From: Smithellaceae bacterium
Lineage (GTDB): Bacteria > Desulfobacterota > Syntrophia > Syntrophales > Smithellaceae
Assembly: GCA_963667845.2 (NCBI GenBank)
Contig: CAXXVL010000002.1
Span: 640,001-704,000, forward strand
Reading direction: 5' to 3'
DNA length: 64,000 bases
Part shown: piece after piece, positions 29,628 through 39,858 of the stretch
Numbering within the stretch: position 1 is the first letter of the stretch
Layout: every line of letters starts with the position of its first letter
The notes under the pieces: model-generated
The model's database searches: none
The model's input: the letters and a program-made list of their open reading frames with translations, nothing else
Told to the model about the DNA's origin: nothing
Translations under genes and position numbers: made by a program

Positions 29628-30386
29628 TCACGTTCCGGACAAACTTCTTTCCCATCGTTTGGCATGCTTCAAAAAAACATATCCTGCAGAATTGCCGGCA
29701 ATGACCAACCCGGGTAAACCATCGAGAAACCCCAGCTTCCAGACATAGCATTCGAGAAATTTCCCTACGGCGTGAAAGAGTCCGGCAACAACAAACCAGC
29801 CGCCCGCGGGCCCGTCCTGCCGTGCATAGATTTCTGAAAAATTATTCATGGTAATGACCTGATCGGAGATGTTCCGATAAACATAATGCAGAAAGGGTTG
29901 TGACAGCTCACCGACTTTACCGTCCGCAACCAGCTTATCATGGGGATTCACGCCCTGCCATGTTCCCCGGCCGCGGCGGATGAGACGGACTTTGCGGTCC
30001 GGATACCAGCCACCGTGATGAATCCAGCGCCCCAGATAGCGGGACAACCGGGGCATGGAAAAACCGCCGACCTCCGGCGGTGCGGTTTTGACCGCTTGAA
30101 GAATCTCCGTCGCCAGCGCTTCGGGAATTTCCTCATCCGCATCCAGGCTGAGAATCCATTCATGGGTCGTTGCTTCCAGGGCAAATTGCTTTTGCGCAAC
30201 GTACCCCGCCCACTGATTGAAAATCACCCTGGCGCCGGCGTTTCGACAGACCGCTTGCGTGCCGTCGGCGCTGCCGGAATCCACAACAACGATTTCATCG
30301 GCAAAGGCGCAGCTTTTAAGCAGGCGGCCGATACGGTCCGCTTCGTTCTGCGCGATGACGGCAATGCTTATTTTTTGTTTTTCCAA
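29628..30386 (-). CDS. GT2 LPS core glycosyltransferase (WaaE/KdtX-like)
   Basis: NEADRI, VVDSGS.DGT, LDADE, GGWYPD.KVRL, GFLDG.PG. Confidence 0.88.
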   Translation of the reverse strand: MEKQKISIAVIAQNEADRIGRLLKSCAFADEIVVVDSGSADGTQAVCRNAGARVIFNQWAGYVAQKQFALEATTHEWILSLDADEEIPEALATEILQAVKTAPPEVGGFSMPRLSRYLGRWIHHGGWYPDRKVRLIRRGRGTWQGVNPHDKLVADGKVGELSQPFLHYVYRNISDQVITMNNFSEIYARQDGPAGGWFVVAGLFHAVGKFLECYVWKLGFLDGLPGLVIAGNSAGYVFLKHAKRWERSLSGT

Positions 30387-30503
30387 TATATTATTCTTTA
30401 TGCGCTTCGGTTTATGAATCAGCCGGGCTTCCCCAAAATTCTTTTCGTTAAGAAATATCCAATTTTGTGCTAGAACATTTTCAAAATTTATAAGAATACA
30501 ATT

Positions 30504-31649
30504 ATGAACAAAATTGCCGTGGTCATTCCCAAATATGGTTTAGTCGGTGGCGCCGAACAATTCGCCGCTCAATTGACTGATGAACTTTCTAGCAGACAAA
30601 CAGGCACATTTCAAGTGTTTGCTAATGAGTGGCAGGCGGATTCCCATGTTTCGGGATTTCATAAAATCCCCGTCATTTCATTTCCCAAATTCATGACGAC
30701 GATCAGCTTCGCCTGGTTCGTGAAACGCCAGCTGCAGCGGCAAGACTTCTCCCTGGTGCACAGTCATGAACGAATCTTCGGGGCCGACCTGTACACGATG
30801 CATGGCGTGCCTCACCGCTATTGGGTTCGTAGCGTTCGGCAAAAATCCCTGAGCCTCTATGACCGGGCAACAGCTTGGGTGGAAAAGAAACTGGTCTATG
30901 AGGGCGGTTGCCGGAAATTTGTCGCCGTGTCCAATTTAACAAGGGATATATTCCTGCAGGAATACCCGGTTGATCCCCGGCGCGTCACCGTCATTCATCC
31001 CGGTGTCCATCTGCCGGATGGGAACGGGAAAAATAAGGATGAAACGAGGAGGGCCGTCCGTTGCGAATTGGGCATCGCTGCCGACGCCCCGGTGATTATC
31101 TTTGCCTCGATGAATTTTGAAATCAAAGGGCTCGATGACATCATTCGGACCCTGGCACATCTCCGGCGGCAGCGCATCGTGTATAAGCTCATTGTCGCAG
31201 GCAAAGGCAACGTCAAAAAATATCAAAAGATGGCTGCAAAGGAAGGGATTGCCGATTCGATATTTTTCACCGGTGTCGTCGCTAAAGCAAAATTAATTGA
31301 TCTCTATTCGGCAAGCGATTTGTATTTGATGCTTTCCAAATTCGATACATTCGGCATGGTGGTCCTGGAAGCCATGGCGGGCGGGCTTCCGGTCATGATC
31401 AGCAACCGTGTGGGCGCAAAGGATCTGGTGCGGGAGGGCGAAAATGGTTTTGTGATCGACCATTCGTCGGATTATGATTACACGGCGTCCCGTCTCAAAT
31501 TGCTTTTGGGCGAGAGCATTCGCCGGAAGATGTCCGCTGCCGCTTTTCAAACCGCCGCTCAGAATACGTGGGATCGTGTAGCGGCAAAATATTCCGACCT
31601 CTATGATGATATTCTCGCCGCAAAGAACAAGAACCAAGGTTTGCCGTAA
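30504..31649 (+). CDS. GT4 LPS core glycosyltransferase (WaaG-like)
   Basis: GGAEQF, VHSHERI, KGLD, FDTFGMVVLEAMAGGLPV. Confidence 0.85.
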   Translation: MNKIAVVIPKYGLVGGAEQFAAQLTDELSSRQTGTFQVFANEWQADSHVSGFHKIPVISFPKFMTTISFAWFVKRQLQRQDFSLVHSHERIFGADLYTMHGVPHRYWVRSVRQKSLSLYDRATAWVEKKLVYEGGCRKFVAVSNLTRDIFLQEYPVDPRRVTVIHPGVHLPDGNGKNKDETRRAVRCELGIAADAPVIIFASMNFEIKGLDDIIRTLAHLRRQRIVYKLIVAGKGNVKKYQKMAAKEGIADSIFFTGVVAKAKLIDLYSASDLYLMLSKFDTFGMVVLEAMAGGLPVMISNRVGAKDLVREGENGFVIDHSSDYDYTASRLKLLLGESIRRKMSAAAFQTAAQNTWDRVAAKYSDLYDDILAAKNKNQGLP

Positions 31650-31827
31650 CCAACCTGAATCCCCTCGATTGAGACATGTCAGAAACACCGGCTTTTCGAC
31701 CGCTCTGATTCAAGGCAAAATATTTGCAATTCAAAATGGGTTGTGTAAAGATCGCAAAAAATGGGCGGAGAGTTGAGACCGCTTTCTTTTTCCCGGATTC
31801 ATTTTTCCAAAGAGACAAAAAGGGATA

Positions 31828-32934
31828 ATGCAGGATCAGATGATCGATCAAACGTCACAGCACAATAAAATACACCTTCTTCAGCAAAAGATATTGATTA
31901 TCAAGCTTCAGTATGTGGGAGACACAATGGGGGTTATTCCCGTTGTCGCCGACTTGAAGCGTCATGCTCCGGGCCTGACCGTTGATGTGCTGATTCATGC
32001 TGAATGCGCCCCATTGATCGCCCACTACCCGGATATCCGCAAGGTATGGGTGTATGACCGCGAACAGGCCAAAAAGAGCTTTTTTTCGGCGATTGCCTAC
32101 CACCTGCCGCTGATCAGGACTTTAAGGCGGGAAAAGTATGACATCGTCATCGCCCTGACCCAGGGCGACAGGGCGTTTTTCCTGTCGCGCGCTACCGGCG
32201 CACCCCTGCGTCTCAGCTATAATATCAATACCCTGCTGACCAGGATGATGAATGCCTTTTCAGTTCAACGAGCCGATCGCCGGCATTTCGTGGAAATTGA
32301 TGTGGATACCCTGAGTTATTTGGGAATAGAGAACCGTGATATCCAATTGATGATTCCTATCCCGCAGGATATTCGCGTGAAAATCAGAAGCGAGCTGTCG
32401 TTGGGAACGGCTGCGGATGGATTAAGGGTGGCGATTCACCCCGGTGCAAGAAAGAAAATGAGACAGTGGAAACCAGAACGTTTTGCGCAAATTGCTTCCC
32501 GGCTGCATGAACAGTACGGAGCTTCCATTATTCTTCTGGGCGGTCCCGGAGAAGACCAGCTGCTCAATGCCATTGAAAGCAGGATGGGTTTTCCCGCCGT
32601 CTTGAAGTCCTGCAATCTCGCGCTCATCGATATGGCCGCTGTTTTCAGCGAATGTCAGCTCTTTATCGGTAATGATTCGGGACCGGGGCACATTGCGGCA
32701 GCCGTGGGCTGCCCCACTTTAAGTCTTTTCGGGCCAAACTATCCGAAAATTTGCCGGCCTTATATTGCATCGGGTGAAGTGATCTTTAAGAACCTGGACT
32801 GCTGCGGCTGCCGCCAGGAAGAGCATTTATGCGTCCGGCCTGACAACACCTGCATGGATCTGATTGAGGTTGATGAAGTCTGGCTTAAAATAAAAATGAT
32901 GCTTTCCAAAGAGCAGAGCCAAATTAATGGATAA
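31828..32934 (+). CDS. GT9 heptosyltransferase-like protein (WaaQ/WaaF family)
   Basis: ILIIKLQYVGD, IHPGA...RQW, GNDSGPGHIAAAVG, LFGP. Confidence 0.88.
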   Translation: MQDQMIDQTSQHNKIHLLQQKILIIKLQYVGDTMGVIPVVADLKRHAPGLTVDVLIHAECAPLIAHYPDIRKVWVYDREQAKKSFFSAIAYHLPLIRTLRREKYDIVIALTQGDRAFFLSRATGAPLRLSYNINTLLTRMMNAFSVQRADRRHFVEIDVDTLSYLGIENRDIQLMIPIPQDIRVKIRSELSLGTAADGLRVAIHPGARKKMRQWKPERFAQIASRLHEQYGASIILLGGPGEDQLLNAIESRMGFPAVLKSCNLALIDMAAVFSECQLFIGNDSGPGHIAAAVGCPTLSLFGPNYPKICRPYIASGEVIFKNLDCCGCRQEEHLCVRPDNTCMDLIEVDEVWLKIKMMLSKEQSQING

Positions 32935-33922
32935 TATTACCGTAAGAATCGTGCAGGACTATGAAGGACCCGATCTGATGCGCCAGACCCCCGGGGAAGA
33001 CGGGATCTGGGATGGCATTCGATTTACGTACGACCCAATCTCGGAATGCGATTTCATGATCGTCCTGCGCAGCCAGATGCGTCATCCCATTTCTGTCATC
33101 TGCCCGCCGGAAAATATCTGGACGATCGTCCAGGACCCCTATGTTCCCGGTTTCAATGACTGGCTGGTGGAAGGGTATGAGCAGTTTTCCCGCATTTATA
33201 CGCAAATCCCCCGGGCCGGCGACAGCCGGTACGTCAAGTCTCAGCCCGCCCTTCCCTGGTATGTGAACCGAAGTTACGAAGAACTCCGGACGATGTTGCC
33301 GCCCCGAAAGAGCAAATCTCTTTCCTGGGTCCTCGGCAACCAGATGGAAATTCCGGGGCACTTCAACCGACTGGTCTTTTTGGATCATCTTAAAAAGCAG
33401 GGAAACCTTACCGTGGATCTTTTTGGCCGGGCGAATCAGTACGTGGCCGACAAGGCCGAGGGATTGATTCCCTACCAATACTCCCTGGCCGTTGAAAACA
33501 GCAGCTTGGCCGATTACTGGACGGAAAAGATAGCCGATTGTTTTCTGTGCTGGACCGTTCCCATCTATTACGGCTGCACAAATCTGGAGGACTATTTCCC
33601 CGCAGAAGCTTTTATCAGGATTGATATTACCCGCCCCGATGAGGCCCTGGCCCGCATCCGGGAGGCCTTGAGCCATGACAGTTGGGAGAAAAGACTGCCG
33701 GCTTTAGAAGAAGCCCGGCATTTATTGTTGGACAAACATCAGTTTTTCCCTTACTTTTCCAAGATCATCAGAAAAGAAGTCGAGAGCGGTCCGAAGGCGA
33801 AGGTAAAGGTAAACATACCGGTTTACAGGAGAAGCCTCGCAAGCAGGATTCAACGCCTGATTTATAAACAGAAAAGAACATTTTGGAGGTTGCACTACAG
33901 ATATGTTCAAAAATGCCTATAA
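32927..33922 (+). CDS. GT10-family glycosyltransferase
   Basis: YQYSLAVENS..DYWTEKIADCF...PIYYG. Confidence 0.8.
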   Translation: MDNITVRIVQDYEGPDLMRQTPGEDGIWDGIRFTYDPISECDFMIVLRSQMRHPISVICPPENIWTIVQDPYVPGFNDWLVEGYEQFSRIYTQIPRAGDSRYVKSQPALPWYVNRSYEELRTMLPPRKSKSLSWVLGNQMEIPGHFNRLVFLDHLKKQGNLTVDLFGRANQYVADKAEGLIPYQYSLAVENSSLADYWTEKIADCFLCWTVPIYYGCTNLEDYFPAEAFIRIDITRPDEALARIREALSHDSWEKRLPALEEARHLLLDKHQFFPYFSKIIRKEVESGPKAKVKVNIPVYRRSLASRIQRLIYKQKRTFWRLHYRYVQKCL

Positions 33923-35009
33923 AAGGAAAAAGGTCCTGATTACAGGGCATACGGGTTTCAAGGGTTCCTGGCTGGCCGTCTGGCTCAGGGAGTTGGGTGC
34001 GAACGTGACCGGATATTCCCTGGCGCCGCCGAGTGTGCCCAGCAATTTTTCCGCCTGCCGGCTGCAGGATAAGATCACGCATATCGAGGGAGATATCCGT
34101 GATCTGGAAAACCTGCAGCGTGTCTTTGACAAACATCAACCGGAATTCGTCTTTCACCTGGCCGCCCAAGCTCTGGTCAGGACATCCTACCTGGACCCCA
34201 AGTTGACCTTTGATACGAATATCGGCGGCACCGTTAACATTCTGGAGGCGGCAAGAATGACTCCTTCGGTCCGGGTCCTCATCAATATCACCAGTGACAA
34301 GTGCTACGAGAACCGCGAGTGGGCCTGGGGTTACCGGGAAAATGACCCGTTGGGAGGACACGATCCCTACAGCGCCTCCAAAGGGGGAGCTGAAGTGGTT
34401 TTTTCCGCCTACCTGAAATCATTCTTCAGGAAGGAAGCAGGCTACAGAGAAATCGGTGCGGCTTCAGTCCGGGCGGGCAATGTCATCGGCGGAGGGGACT
34501 GGGGAACAGACCGTCTCATTCCCGATTGTATCAGGGCGTTGACCGGCGCAAAAACCATAGAGCTCAGAAATCCAAATGCGATCCGGCCCTGGCAGCATGT
34601 TCTGGAGCCCTTAAGCGGCTACCTGCTTCTGGGCGCCATGCTCGACACGACACCTGCCGCCTTCAGCGGCGCCTGGAACTTCGGTCCGTCCGGACGGGAT
34701 CATCTCACCGTGGGACAAATCGCGGAAAAGCTCGTCGGTCTCTGGGGGTCGGGTGCCTGGATGGATGTTTCTTCAAAAAGCGCCGCCGTTCATGAGGCCC
34801 GTACGCTCAAGCTCTGCTGTGATAAGGCCCTGGCCGAACTGAACTGGCACAGCGCGCTCGGCATCGAACAGTGTCTGCAATACCTGACCCAGTGGTACAA
34901 ACTCTTTTACGAAAATGGACAAGCCGGGGACATGTATGATATTTGTCGGGCTCAGATCATGAGCTACGCAGACAGGGCAAAAGAACAGAAATTAGAATGG
35001 AGTTTTTAA
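33903..35009 (+). CDS. rfbG: CDP-glucose 4,6-dehydratase
   Basis: TGHTGFKGSW, TSDKCY, DPYSASK, RAGNVIGGGDW, RPWQHVLEPL. Confidence 0.95.
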   Translation: MFKNAYKRKKVLITGHTGFKGSWLAVWLRELGANVTGYSLAPPSVPSNFSACRLQDKITHIEGDIRDLENLQRVFDKHQPEFVFHLAAQALVRTSYLDPKLTFDTNIGGTVNILEAARMTPSVRVLINITSDKCYENREWAWGYRENDPLGGHDPYSASKGGAEVVFSAYLKSFFRKEAGYREIGAASVRAGNVIGGGDWGTDRLIPDCIRALTGAKTIELRNPNAIRPWQHVLEPLSGYLLLGAMLDTTPAAFSGAWNFGPSGRDHLTVGQIAEKLVGLWGSGAWMDVSSKSAAVHEARTLKLCCDKALAELNWHSALGIEQCLQYLTQWYKLFYENGQAGDMYDICRAQIMSYADRAKEQKLEWSF

Positions 35010-35016
35010 GGTTAAT

Positions 35017-36339
35017 ATGCCGAAAGCCGTTGAACTGAGAAAACAAATTTTGGAACTTGTCGGTCTTTACTGCCGGGAGAAATTCGGAAAAAAACCGTTT
35101 GATCCCGCGCGCGACCTTGTCCACTATGCCGGCCGGGTCTTCGATGAGGACGAACTTTGCAATCTTGTTGATGCGAGCCTGGATTTTTATCTCACGGCGA
35201 ACCGGTACGCCGAAATGTTTGAAACCGATTTCGCCGATTACCTTTCCACCGGCAACGCGCTGCTGGTTAACTCGGGTTCCTCGGCTAATCTTGTGGCCCT
35301 GACAACTCTTACATCATCGAAGTTAGGCAAGCGGCGTCTTGGGCCGGGTGACGAAGTGCTGACCGTTGCCGCCGCCTTTCCCACGACCGTTGCCCCCATA
35401 CTCCAAAACCGGTTGGTGCCCGTTTTTGTGGATGTCAACCTGGGGGACTACACGGCCATCCCGGAGCGTCTTGCTCAGGCGGTGGGACCGAAAACAAAGG
35501 CCATCATGATGGCCCATACCATGGGGGTCCCCTTCGACCTGGACGCCGTCATGGAACTGGTGAAGAAACACAATCTCTGGCTGATCGAAGATAACTGCGA
35601 CGCCCTGGGGTCCCTGTATCATGACCGGCTTACCGGAACGTTTGGCCATCTGGCGACCTTTTCTTTTTATCCCGCGCATCACATCACGATGGGCGAGGGC
35701 GGATGTGTCATTACAAATGATGACGACCTGGCCCGGATCGCACGGTCCGTGCGCGACTGGGGAAGGGATTGCTATTGTACGGGAGGAGAAAACAACACCT
35801 GCGGCAAACGCTTCGGTCAGCAGTCCGGCTCTCTCCCCTACGGCTATGATCACAAATACGTTTACAGCCACATCGGCTATAATTTGAAGGTCACGGATAT
35901 GCAGGCTGCCATCGGTTGCGCGCAGCTGAAGAAGCTTCCGGAATTCATTGCCGGACGGAAGGCGAACTTTCAGACGCTTAACGAAATACTCCACCCCTAT
36001 GAGGACCGGCTCCTCCTGCCCAAAGCCACAAAGCATTCCAATCCATCCTGGTTCGGTTACGTCATTACGGTTCGCGATAACGCCGGTTTCTCCCGCAACG
36101 ATCTGACGCGCTTTCTGGAAATGAACCGGGTCGAAACGCGAAACCTCTTCAGCGGAAACCTTTTACGTCATCCGGCTTTTACGGATATTTCCTGCCGTCT
36201 CGCCGGAGACCTGACCAATACCGATACGATCATGAACAGTACGTTCTTCATCGGCGTTTATCCCGGCCTGGATGAGCAGCGGCTGGCTCATGTTGCCTCT
36301 GTTTTCAAGCGTTTTATGAACGGAGAACGCCTTCAATAG
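35017..36339 (+). CDS. rfbH: CDP-4-keto-6-deoxyglucose 3-dehydratase (E1/DdhC)
   Basis: NSGSSANL, EDNCDALG, SFYPAHHITMGEGG (His in place of the PLP Lys), RDWGRDCYC...NTC, YDHKY. Confidence 0.95.
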   Translation: MPKAVELRKQILELVGLYCREKFGKKPFDPARDLVHYAGRVFDEDELCNLVDASLDFYLTANRYAEMFETDFADYLSTGNALLVNSGSSANLVALTTLTSSKLGKRRLGPGDEVLTVAAAFPTTVAPILQNRLVPVFVDVNLGDYTAIPERLAQAVGPKTKAIMMAHTMGVPFDLDAVMELVKKHNLWLIEDNCDALGSLYHDRLTGTFGHLATFSFYPAHHITMGEGGCVITNDDDLARIARSVRDWGRDCYCTGGENNTCGKRFGQQSGSLPYGYDHKYVYSHIGYNLKVTDMQAAIGCAQLKKLPEFIAGRKANFQTLNEILHPYEDRLLLPKATKHSNPSWFGYVITVRDNAGFSRNDLTRFLEMNRVETRNLFSGNLLRHPAFTDISCRLAGDLTNTDTIMNSTFFIGVYPGLDEQRLAHVASVFKRFMNGERLQ

Positions 36340-36362
36340 ATAACGAGAAAGAAGGTTGCTCT

Positions 36363-37094
36363 ATGGCGGTCGCTCAAAAAATCCATTGCCGGGTGGAAAC
36401 CATCCTCGATCATGGGAACAGCGTCTACACGATTGTCCTCAGGCCCGAACGGCTGCTTCCCCGGTTCCGGCCCGGGCAGTTTCTTCACTTGGCGCTGGAT
36501 GAGTACGATCCCAGCGGCTTCTGGCCGGAGTCCCGCGTTTTTTCCATTGCCAGTTCCCCCGGCGAAAGAGAGCTGCTCACCCTTTCCTATTCGGTCCGGG
36601 GACGGTTTACTGCGCGCATGGAATCGGAACTCGTGTGCGGACGGCAGGTCTGGATCAAGCTTCCCTATGGTGATTTTATCATTGAAGGCACGAGGGACGT
36701 GGTTCTGCTGGCCGGCGGGACCGGCATCACCGCCTTCACGGCCTTCATCGGCGGTCTTACGCCGGAGTATGACCATAGTGTTTACCTGGCGTATGGAGCC
36801 CGCAGTGTCGATTTACACACCTATCGCGACCTCCTGAATCAGCAGGCCCGCAAGGTCCCCTCGCTGCATCTTTTTTATTTTGCAGAGGCGGGCACTCCGC
36901 AAGCGCCGGACGGTTCGGGGGACCGGTTGACAAGCGGATGCCTGTCTGTTAGTGCTCTTTGGCCATGGTTTACGGATCCCTTTGCGGCGGATTATTATAT
37001 TTCGGGACCGCCGGCAATGCTTAAAGGATTATCGGAAGAACTGATCAGCAGAGGCATCAAACCTGAAGCCGTCAGGATCGATGCCTGGGAATAA
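36363..37094 (+). CDS. FNR-type FAD/NAD(P)H oxidoreductase (DdhD/E3-like reductase module)
   Basis: FRPGQF, RVFSIAS, PYGDF, AGGTGIT, YISGPPAM; sits between rfbH and rfbF. Confidence 0.8.
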   Translation: MAVAQKIHCRVETILDHGNSVYTIVLRPERLLPRFRPGQFLHLALDEYDPSGFWPESRVFSIASSPGERELLTLSYSVRGRFTARMESELVCGRQVWIKLPYGDFIIEGTRDVVLLAGGTGITAFTAFIGGLTPEYDHSVYLAYGARSVDLHTYRDLLNQQARKVPSLHLFYFAEAGTPQAPDGSGDRLTSGCLSVSALWPWFTDPFAADYYISGPPAMLKGLSEELISRGIKPEAVRIDAWE

Positions 37095-37119
37095 AATGAA
37101 AAATGATGAAGGAGCCTTT

Positions 37120-37899
37120 ATGAAGGGAAACATCCCTGTTGTCATTCTTTGCGGCGGCATGGGCACGCGGCTGCGTGAAGAAACGGAGTTCAAACCCAAG
37201 CCCATGGTCGAGGTGGGCGGTAAACCCATCGTCTGGCATATCATGAAAATATATGCCCACTATGGCTTCCGTCGTTTCATTCTTTGTCTGGGGTACAAGG
37301 GCGGCATCATCAAGGATTATTTTTTGAACTACGAAGCCATGAGCAATGATTTCACCGTCAACCTGGGAAAAAAGAACAGCATCTCCTTCCAGAGCAACCA
37401 TGCGGAGCAGGACTTCGAAATCACCCTCGTGGATACGGGATTGCATACGATGACCGGCGGCAGAATAAAGCGCATCGAGCCCTATATCGATTCGGAGTCT
37501 TTCATGGTCACTTACGGTGACGGTCTGGCCGATATCAATTTGGAAAACCTGATCTCCTTCCATTCCTCCCATGGAAAGATCGCCACGCTGACAGCCACCA
37601 GAGCCCCGTCGCGATACGGAATCCTCGACCTGTCGGATGGCGGCTCGGTCAGGAGTTTCCGCGAAAAAGTCCAGGCGGAGTGGATCAACGGCGGTTTTTT
37701 TGTCTTCAATCGGGACATCTTCCGCTATCTTGATCCGGACTGCATCCTGGAACGCGCGCCCATGGAAAAGCTCGCCGCCGACGATCAATTAATGGCTTTC
37801 CGGCACAACGGCTTCTGGATCGGCATGGACACCTACAGGGAATACGAGATGCTCAACCAGATGTGGGACTCTCAAAACGCACCATGGAAAGTATGGTAG
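37120..37899 (+). CDS. rfbF: Glucose-1-phosphate cytidylyltransferase
   Basis: LCGGMGTRLREET..PKPMVE, TMTGGRIK, TYGDG, WINGGFF, MDT; SD GAAGGAG precedes ATG 37120. Confidence 0.95.
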   Translation: MKGNIPVVILCGGMGTRLREETEFKPKPMVEVGGKPIVWHIMKIYAHYGFRRFILCLGYKGGIIKDYFLNYEAMSNDFTVNLGKKNSISFQSNHAEQDFEITLVDTGLHTMTGGRIKRIEPYIDSESFMVTYGDGLADINLENLISFHSSHGKIATLTATRAPSRYGILDLSDGGSVRSFREKVQAEWINGGFFVFNRDIFRYLDPDCILERAPMEKLAADDQLMAFRHNGFWIGMDTYREYEMLNQMWDSQNAPWKVW

Positions 37900-37906
37900 G
37901 TCGATC

Positions 37907-38827
37907 GTGAGAATTCTGCTGACAGGAGCCACTGGATTTTTCGGCAGTCATCTGCTGGAGGCGCTCCTCACCCAAAGTTATGACGTGGTGATTCTTAAAC
38001 GGTCATTTTCCGACACGTGGCGGATCAATCATTTGCTGGCGGATGTTGAGAGCTATGATGTTGACCATGTTTCACTGGAAACGCCGTTTCGGGAAAACAA
38101 AATTAACGTGGTGATTCATACTGCCACTGATTACGGCCGTAATGATGATGCCGCGTCAAAAATCGTGGACACCAATCTGCTTTTCCCTTTGAGACTACTG
38201 GAGTTGTCCTCCCTTTTTAAGGCCGACGTCTTCCTCAATACGGACACGTTCTTTAATACAGACACGTTATGCTACAAGTACCTGAACAATTATGCTCTTT
38301 CCAAAAAACATTTCGCGGAATGGCTGAAGTCATTTTGTGAATGCGAAAAGATCAGGGGAATCAACTTGAGAATTGAGCATATGTACGGGCCGCGGGACCA
38401 TCAGAACAAATTCGTGAATTGGCTCTTAAAACAGCTGCTGAAAAATGTAGAGCAAATTCCCCTGACCCGGGGGGAGCAGATGCGTGATTTTATCTATGTT
38501 TCCGACGTGGTCAGCGCTTATCTGCTGTTGATCATGCATCAAGACCGGCTGCCCTTTTTCAGCCAGTTTGAAGTGGGCACGGGCCGGGCTGTAAGTATCA
38601 GGGACTTTGTATTAAAAATGAAGGAAGCCGTGTCTCGGGCTTCGGGCAAAGACATAACGACCCGGCTTGATTTTGGCGCACTCCCCTATCGTCTTGGGGA
38701 ACCAATGGAGTGCAAGGCGGATATTGCCGGACTTACGGAAATCGGGTGGGAACCAAAGGTTCCGATTGACAAAGGGATTGAAGAATTGATTCGGGAAGAG
38801 CTGCAGCAAAATCTTATTTGTCACTAA
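37907..38827 (+). CDS. CDP-3,6-dideoxyhexose C4-reductase-like SDR (abequose/paratose synthase family)
   Basis: TGATGFFG, HTATDYGR, NTDTFF, YALSK, EHMYGP.D, RDFIY; follows the ddh genes. Confidence 0.75.
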   Translation: MRILLTGATGFFGSHLLEALLTQSYDVVILKRSFSDTWRINHLLADVESYDVDHVSLETPFRENKINVVIHTATDYGRNDDAASKIVDTNLLFPLRLLELSSLFKADVFLNTDTFFNTDTLCYKYLNNYALSKKHFAEWLKSFCECEKIRGINLRIEHMYGPRDHQNKFVNWLLKQLLKNVEQIPLTRGEQMRDFIYVSDVVSAYLLLIMHQDRLPFFSQFEVGTGRAVSIRDFVLKMKEAVSRASGKDITTRLDFGALPYRLGEPMECKADIAGLTEIGWEPKVPIDKGIEELIREELQQNLICH

Positions 38828-39030
38828 ACGTCTCTTGTCTAGCGGTGATTTCATTCGGGATGGGCTGACAGGGAACCTGACGCATGCGTCGCGAGGAATG
38901 GAAACTTATCGTTCCCTCTTCCGGAGAATAGATTCCGCCATACGGCTTTGAACAGCGAGAGCACGGCGGCACAGAAACGATTGGCCGGCGCCGCAGCTTT
39001 CGCAAAGGCAATGAAAGAGAGGGAGCAAAC

Positions 39031-39858
39031 ATGTCCATTAGTGCATACATTCCCGTCTATAATGAAGAGCATCGCATCGAAGCGGCGCTCCGCTGCGCGA
39101 CGTGGTGCGACGAGATTATTGTGGTCGATAAGCAGAGCACCGATAAAACCAGGGAAATTGTCGGCAAATATACTGATAAGATATTCATCATGGAGAATCG
39201 GGAGTACGACCCGTATGAGTTCCAGATATTACTGGACAACGCAACGTGTGAGTGGATTATTTTTCTTACAGCCAGCGATGTCGTCCATCCGCAACTTGCG
39301 CGGCAGATCCGTGAACTGACTGAACGCAAAGATTTCCCCTATGACATTATCCGCGTGCCGTTTCGGCGTTACGTCCTGGGAATGGAATCGCCCCGCTCCC
39401 CCTGGTACAGTGACCTTCACCCCGCTGTATTTCGCAGAAGTATCGCCAGGGTGAAATACGATGATGTGCATGGGGCTCTGGCTTTCGATTCGAAACGTGA
39501 ATACAAAATGGAAAACTCACAGGAGGCCTGTCTCTATCATCTGACCCATGAAACGGTGGATATCATGATGGAACGCCATATGCGTTATTGCCGGGCAGAG
39601 AGCAGATTATTCAGCAAAGACATTTCTTTGCGCAGTATTTTCAAATCGGTTATCGATGCGGCGTATCGCACCTTTTTAAAACGGAAGACTTTTCTGCTGG
39701 GATGGAACGGGATAGCCCTTTCACTGGCCTATGTCAGTTACTTTATGCTGCGCTTCATCTACATCTGGGAAGACCGCAATTCCAAGGCCTCGGAAACCTA
39801 TGGAGAGATCAGGGAGACCATCCTTAAGGCATGGTCCCGAAATAATGCAAAGTCCTGA
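39031..39858 (+). CDS. GT2 glycosyltransferase
   Basis: IPVYNEE, VVDKQSTD, VHG; the DxD position reads TASD. Confidence 0.75.
   Translation: MSISAYIPVYNEEHRIEAALRCATWCDEIIVVDKQSTDKTREIVGKYTDKIFIMENREYDPYEFQILLDNATCEWIIFLTASDVVHPQLARQIRELTERKDFPYDIIRVPFRRYVLGMESPRSPWYSDLHPAVFRRSIARVKYDDVHGALAFDSKREYKMENSQEACLYHLTHETVDIMMERHMRYCRAESRLFSKDISLRSIFKSVIDAAYRTFLKRKTFLLGWNGIALSLAYVSYFMLRFIYIWEDRNSKASETYGEIRETILKAWSRNNAKS

Noticed and set aside
39731..39844. ORF-track N-terminal extension of the DUF5672 gene
   Set aside because: It overlaps the upstream GT2 gene by more than 100 bp; ATG 39845 gives a normal short overlap.
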